From Strigamia acuminata (Eukaryota), in assembly GCA_949358305.1 (NCBI GenBank), contig OX442314.1:30628001-30692000 (forward strand): 64,000 bases of DNA. The letters run 5' to 3'. Each line of letters opens with the position of its first letter. Positions within the stretch are counted from its first letter, which is position 1. The translations under genes and the position numbers were made by a program. Below are positions 57,668 through 64,000 of this stretch, in pieces. The notes under the pieces were generated by a model. That model was not told where the DNA came from. It did no database searches and saw only the letters and a list, made by a program, of their open reading frames with translations.

Positions 57668-57861
57668 ATATTATTGTACACACTTGAACGTTTTTTGATA
57701 ATAAATCTACTTGTAATCACTGCGCATGACTTGATTTTGTCATAATGGGGCATTGTTACGCATTGTTAGTTGGCAGAAGAAAAAAAATGAGCGCGGCATA
57801 ATTTTGTGCAGGACTTGGAAGAAGTCTTCTATATAGAAGACGGTTACAAAATTTTTTGTGA

Positions 57862-60162
57862 ATGGAATTGCAACATGATTTGACAGAACATTTGTCTTAC
57901 TTGTCCAAGGAAACGAAAAAAGACTCGAAGGCCTACAGATACGTCGTTGATGTGCTGTACAAACTCCACAAGTATGTGTGTTGGAAGGATTCATCGAAGG
58001 AGTTATTTTGTTTGTTTATTTATTTGTTTATTTCTTGTGTGTAGACACGTTTTGGAGAATCGAATTGAGAAAAAAGATTTTAAGTTAGATTTGAACGGGG
58101 ATCTTGATTTACGCGCGCTTTGGCGATACGAGTCTGTTCGGTTGTTTCTTTTTAACATAGGATGGAGACTGTATGGCGATTTGTTGATATTGAAAGATCC
58201 GAAATCATTGCGTCTGAAAATCGCGCTGAATGTCACCAGGACGTTTCTGTAAGTTTGTTTTTGAGTTGGGATTCAGTGGTGTTACTGGCTGTGTTGTGTG
58301 GGGGCGACGACCAAAAGCGGGCCGATATGTTTTAAGATGATTTTTTTTTCTAAATGTTGACAAAATTGTCCATATTTCTTAAAAAATCGCTCAAAATTGT
58401 CCAAATTTTTCAAAAATTGTTCAAAATTGTCCATATTTTTAAAAAATCGCTTAAAATTGTTTATATTCTTAAAAAATCGCTCAAAATTATTCAAAAATTA
58501 CTAAAAATTGTTCAGAAATTGTTCAAAATTGTTCAAAAATCGTCGAAATTGTTCAAAATTATTTAAAAATCGTCGAAATTGTGCAAAATTTTTCAAAAAA
58601 TTCAAAATTTGTCTAAATTTTTCAAACAATTCAAAATTTGTCTAAATTTTTCAAAAAATCTCAAAATTTGTCTAAATTTTTCAAAAATCTCAAATTTTTT
58701 CAAAAATCTCAAATTTTTCAAAAATCTCAAAATTTTTCAAAAATCTCAAAATTTTTCAAAAATCTCAAAATTTTTCAAAAATCTCAAAATTTTTGAAAAA
58801 TCTCAAAATTTTTCAAAAATCTCAAAATTTTTCAAAAATCTCAAAATTTTTCAAAAATCTCAAAATTTTTCAAAAATCTCAAAATTTTTCAAAAATCTCA
58901 AAATTTTTCAAAAATCTCAAAATTTTTCAAAAATCTCAAAATTTTTCAAAAATCTCAAAATGTTTCAAAAATCTCAAAATTTTTCAAAAATCTCAAAATT
59001 TGTCTAAATTTTTCAAAAAATTTCAAAATTTGTCTAAATTTTTCAAAATCTCAAAATTTGTCTAAATTTTTCAAAAATTTCAAAATTCGTCAAAATTTTC
59101 TCAAATCTTCCTTAAACCTTAATCAAACGAACCATTTTTTGGTATTTCCCTCAATCAGCCGGTACATCCACCACCAAAATCATAATTCCATCCTTTTTCA
59201 TTCCATGAACCTCACAGTGAAGAAATTGACCAAAATCCTTCCCCCTATGAATTTGACCAAAATCCATGCCCCTATGAATTCGAACAAAACCCATGCCCGT
59301 GTGAAAAACTCCAAATCGATCCAAACCTACTTCACTACAAAAAAGAACACATCAAGCCAAACCTACTTCTCTTTGAAAAACCTCCACCCGCGCAACCTAA
59401 ACGCCACCTAAACACCTACAATTTCGAGGACGACAGACTCAGCCAGGGTTTTGCCTCAGTAACAACGACCCAAACCCATCACCAACCAAACGTTTCAACC
59501 CAAATTTCCTCCTCACAACAGAACGAATCAGGCCTAAACGATTGCGAACAATGGGACTACCGAGACAACATCGAACTCCACTCGATCAACGACTTCGACT
59601 CCCACAAGAAGATTAAAAACATTCAACCGAGCCGGAAACCCAAAATCGTTTCAATACTGAGCGGGAGCAACATCGACATATCAATCAACACCACAGACGT
59701 GTCAACCAACACCCCGGACGTGTCATTCGATTACGCAGACATGTCGGACGATTCGGAAAAAATAAGCAACCTTCCGCCGAGTAAGTTTGTCTCAAATTTA
59801 ATCAATACAATCGACTCAAACGTTTCTTTATGTAGTGGAACCCCCAGATCTACCACAACCTATTCAATTTGAGAGTAAGTTTTCGATCGGTCGATACGAC
59901 ATCGATAAATTTTTGTGTATTTTAGGAAGAGTTGAAGCAAGACCGACGCCACTTCATCCGTTCGACTGTAATGGCCGTCTTTATCAATGCGTCTATTCTT
60001 GCTACTATTTTTTGTACAGTATTCTATTTTGATTTAGTGGCGTTACAACCATCTTTCGTCCAGTCAGTGATCACCTACCAAGGCTACAATGATATGGTAG
60101 ATCTGTTTTTGAGTGCTGCGTGGTTGATGCAGTCAGCATTGTCCGTAGTGTCGCCGCTCTGA
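57862..60162 (+). CDS. Hypothetical multi-exon protein, probable C-terminal hydrophobic anchor (last exon frame uncertain)
   Basis: Frame-consistent GT-AG junctions: MELQHDL..LHK|HVLENR..RTFL|EEIDQNPSPYEFDQNPCPY..LPP|MEPPDLPQPIQFE|; the long open exon ~59218-59781 is missed by the ORF track. Confidence 0.55.
58360..59105. repeat. Intronic array, ~19-bp unit AAATCTCAAAATTTTTCAA (10-bp subunits)
   Basis: Direct observation. Confidence 0.95.
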
Positions 60163-61405
60163 GTAGGTGATTGTGCCAATGAAATGGGTTATGGGACATT
60201 GTGCTCACTAAAATGTGCTTTTGGATTGGTTCCAGAGCTCGGAATAAGGTTTTTATTCTTTTTTTTGCCAAAAGCTGATGCAGTAAGGCGATGTATTGTT
60301 TTATGTCCGCATAAATATTATTTATTTTTATTGGTTGGATGTTGTAAAAAAGATTGAATGTCTAAAAATAAACAAAGAAAAAGGTAAACAAATATTCATT
60401 TTCTCGTGCCATCCACTTTTTTTTCACGTCTGGGATGAAACCCAGTTAAAAATCCACAAAATTTTAGACATCTGTTAAATAAATTTTAACAAATGCAAAA
60501 AAAAATACTTTCCGAAGTGTTCTGAACATAAATGTGATTTTTTTCTGTATATAAATATAATATTAAAAAAGACACACGAGGAACGAAACAAATAAAAACT
60601 TGTATATACTTTTTTCCGATGTTAAAAAACAAAACAAAAAATAAATTGAAAGAAATACCAAAATTCATTACACAATATACTCGTATAAAAATTCTCATGT
60701 TACAATATCTCAGCGCAATAAATAAAATATGACAACAACCGGAGCGGTTCCTCGTGAAAACGATGTTGCCAGTAATCATCTAGCAAGTGAATGATATATC
60801 TTTAAGATAAACTACCGTAGATATATTTAGAGCATTAAAATGTGTTTTTTATTTTTTTTTTTAATTTTGGTTTTTTTTTTTTTAAATAATTCTGTTAGTT
60901 GTCAAAGATGAATTTTAACTGTTTGTTCTTGCTCGAATAATTTACTCTTGAATTTGAATTGTGAATTTGTGATGTACACCAAAGCAATTGGTTCAACGCT
61001 GTATCTCTAAATTCTAAACGGGTCAAGTGTCAATAAACTTGTTGCACATTTGGGTTCAAAGTTCAAGTAATTAGTGGCCTTAATTCTAGGAATTAAATAA
61101 TCAAACATTGATTTCTTCACAAAAATAAATAATTAAATAATTAAAATACTATTCACACCATTCTAAAGTATAAATTAAACCAACCTAGACAACACAAATA
61201 GTAATAAAACCAATAAAATCAACTAAAACAAACAACTAAACAAAGCAAAAAACTCGAAATAAACAAAACCACTATCGCATTTCGCATGCAATTACCAAAT
61301 CAACACCAAAAATGCGATACCGAGTCTCACACGTGTCCACCCATCAATATAAAGACCCCCAACCCCAAACTCAACTCAAACCGAATCACAACAGTCAAGT
61401 CAACC

Positions 61406-62538
61406 ATGAACGTAAGTATTAGTCTCCTAGAAAAAAAAAATCTAACACATTTCTTCAAAATATTACTCAATTTCAGCAATTTATTCCCATCCTTACTCTG
61501 GCTTTAATCGTCGCCGTGCACTCGCAACAAGGCGCTCCCGGAGCTCCGGCGGGCCAACAAGCCGCCCAGGGTGCTCCAGCGAAACCAGACGAAAATAAAC
61601 ACACTCCATTCCCCCCACAATATTCCCCCAAACCGTGTGGTGGAGGCGGTGGAGGCGGCGGCGGCGGCGGCAGTGGAACCAATGGAGGTTTTGGATTCAG
61701 CAGCGGCTACTCGGCCAGTGATCCAGACTGTTTAGGGGGCGCTGGCGGCTTTGGTGGATATGGATTTGGAGGAAATGGAGGCGGAGGAAATGGCGGCGGA
61801 GGAGGAGGAGGAGGCGGCGGTGGTGGCGGAGGAGGTGGCGGGGGAGGAGGAGGAGGAGGAAGTGGTAGAAAACATCGTCAAGTGTCTGGCTTTCCTGGAA
61901 TGCCTGGATTCTCTTTTCCATTTAATTCCAATGGTCAGCAAGGATTTTTTGGAGGGGCAAATGGATCACCAGGTTCTGCTGGAGGCTACGGCGGAAGCGG
62001 CGGCAATGGTGGACTTACCGGAGCAAATGGATCACCAGGTTCTGCTGGAGGTTACGGCGGAAGCGGCGGCAATGGTGGACTTACCGGAGCAAATGGATCA
62101 CCAGGTTCTGCTGGAGGTTACGGCGGAAGTGGCGGCAATGGTGGACTTCCCGGTTCGGCTGGTAATCCTGGAGGTTATGGCGGTGGAATGCCCGGATCTG
62201 CTGGTTCCTCTGGAGGTTTTGGCGGAAGTGGTGGGATGCCCGGACCTCTGGGCTCTTCTGGAGGTTACGGCGGAAGTGGTGGACAGCCTGGAGCACCGGG
62301 ATTTGCAGGAAGTTATGGTGGGGGTGGTGGTTTTGTTCCGTATCCGCCGATCATGCCGTGTTATCAATGCCGCCTCGGTGAGAAACCGATTGCAGTGGGT
62401 CCGAATGGCATCCTTGGGTGCGGTTATTGTCCTAACTTGCCACCGTACATCCCCGGAATTCAAACACTAAGTTCAGTTCAACTTCAACAACCGAGTGAAA
62501 GTCAAAATAGTACGCACACAATGCTACCTCGTGCGTAA
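61406..62538 (+). CDS. Secreted glycine-rich protein A
   Basis: ATG AAC|GT intron 61412-61476; signal peptide MNQFIPILTLALIVAVHS; poly-Gly, three 22-aa GANGSPGSAGGYGGSGGNGGLT repeats, C-terminal CYQC..CGYC; TATA-like TATAAA near 61348 and downstream AATAAA. Confidence 0.88.
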
Positions 62539-63332
62539 TGTTGTTGTTTGTATTTAAATGAATAATGTTTGCAAATTAAATTTTTGTTTGACAATAAAAT
62601 AAAATCACCGTAGTTAATATTTCATACGATAACATTTATTTTCAAAACACTCACAATACAAAATGGCGTAACATAAAATTACGTCACCGAAGCAATCCGA
62701 GCAATCCGAAACTAGATTTCTCTCCGTCGGAAAGAGTCGCTTCAAGTCATTGCGGACTTGAGAGCGATCACGCCTCTTGTTGCGACCACAGTCGCCATCG
62801 TCTCCTTCTCGCTAGAGTTGTCACAACCAGTCAGCACAGGACTGGAGATCGTACTGTCTCCAAGATGGCGATCAAGCCACAAAGAGACCTTGTGTAATCT
62901 TCTGTCCTGATTGGCTGCAATCAGAACGTCGTAGGAGCTGCTGAGGATCCTCTTGTTGATGTTGCCAGTGCCGACTAGCGGCGGCCAGTTGGTCACAATG
63001 CAATTTATTTTATTTTTATCTAAACAAATTAACAAATCCAAAATTAAATCTTATATCGCAATGCTGAAAGTCACTAAATTCTCCACTATCTCGTAATGCG
63101 TCCGTTTTATAAATTTAGTCTCTCGAATTTAATAAACTTTGTGCGTCTATTTTAAATTATAAAATATTCTTTTCATTTCTAGTGTTACCCATTAAAATAT
63201 AATATAAAACTAACTGTGAAATAACCCGGATCACACCAAACCGCTATCATATTTCGAATGCACCCAGTCTCAAGTGTACATCCATCAATAATACAATGAC
63301 TACTAAAACCGAATCACACGCGCAAGGAAAAC

Positions 63333-63815
63333 ATGAACGTGAGTATTGGTCTCTACTAACAAAATATTTAACACATATCTTAAAAATTTACTCAACTTTA
63401 GCGATGTATTATTTACATCCTTATCCTGGGCTTGATCGTTGTCGTGCAGTCGCTTAAGCGCACCAAACGGGCTTCAGCTGGCCTACAAGGCGCCCGACAA
63501 GCTCCGCTCGAAGATTATGAAAATCCAGACGATGGACAAGATGGCGAAGATGGTGAAGATGGAGGTTCGGGTGGAAGAGGTGGAAATGGAGGTGGAAGTG
63601 GCGGTGGAAGGGGTGGAAAGGGTGGAGGTAGAAGGGGTGGAAAGGGTGGAAAGGGTGGGGGTGGAAAGGGTGGAAAGGGTGGAGGTGGAAGAGGTGGAGG
63701 GGGTGGAGGTAGAAAAGGTGGAAGGGGTGGAGGTGGAAGGGGTGGAAATGGAGGTGGAAATGGAGGTGGAAGGGGTGGAAGGGGTGGAGGAGATGGAGAA
63801 GATGGAGCGGATTGA
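63333..63815 (+). CDS. Secreted glycine/Lys/Arg-rich protein B (paralog of A)
   Basis: ATG AAC|GT intron 63339-63401; signal peptide MNRCIIYILILGLIVVVQS; RTKR; acidic segment, then GGK/GGR repeats; AATAAA downstream. Confidence 0.85.
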
Positions 63816-64000
63816 AAATAAAAATAATGCGCAGACAACGCTACATCGTGCATCATGTAGTTTGCATTTAAATGAACGGTGTTTGTAAATTAAATTTTTA
63901 TTTGAAAATAAATAAATAAATAAATTAGTTTTTCGTGCGACATTTATTACATTCATAACATTTATTTTCAAAACACGCAATAAAAAACAACATAATGATG

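Noticed and set aside
4344..59065. K/I/F/N-rich ORFs over arrays (e.g. 4344-4706, 12717-13208, 48397-48783, 53813-54202, 58579-59007)
   Set aside because: Translations of stop-free intronic tandem repeats.
62742..63041. 99-aa - strand ORF between the Gly-rich genes
   Set aside because: Non-ATG start and no motifs; likely a repeat fragment.
63439..63980. VE-rich, ST-rich and Pro-rich ORFs overlapping protein B (and equivalents over protein A)
   Set aside because: Alternative frames of GGN codon runs; only the Gly frame joins a signal peptide and first exon.

Overview
Gene-dense, AT-rich eukaryotic DNA with short (~55-65 nt) spliceosomal introns. It is probably arthropod, judging from the arthropod-type innexin, Hikaru genki and rhomboid genes; the species cannot be determined from this window. 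Genes in order: a DUF4347-like/NEK8-like kinase (partial, -), canopy/CNPY2-seele (+), an intronless orphan membrane protein (-), LYRM7 (-), ANKRD26-like (-), an intronless innexin (+), an EF-hand-like rhomboid protease (-), Hikaru genki-like (-), DNAI2 (-) head-to-head with CCDC40 (+) across an RFX X-box promoter, an orphan gene (+), and two paralogous secreted glycine-rich proteins (+). DNAI2 intron 1 contains an intact, apparently very recent 10.3-kb Ty3/Gypsy LTR retrotransposon. It has a tRNA-Phe primer site, a -1 frameshift signal with a candidate pseudoknot, and an HMGA-like module of four AT-hooks between RNase H and integrase; it is inserted inside an A/T-tract tandem array. Many introns hold unrelated A/T-tract tandem arrays whose units cluster near 10, 20-21 and 30-31 bp. 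These arrays are flanked by a mirror-image strand skew (G/T-rich on the left, A/C-rich on the right) that ignores gene orientation. A decayed Tc3-like transposon and several MITEs are also present. All gene models were assembled by eye and all family assignments come from recalled motifs, not database searches.
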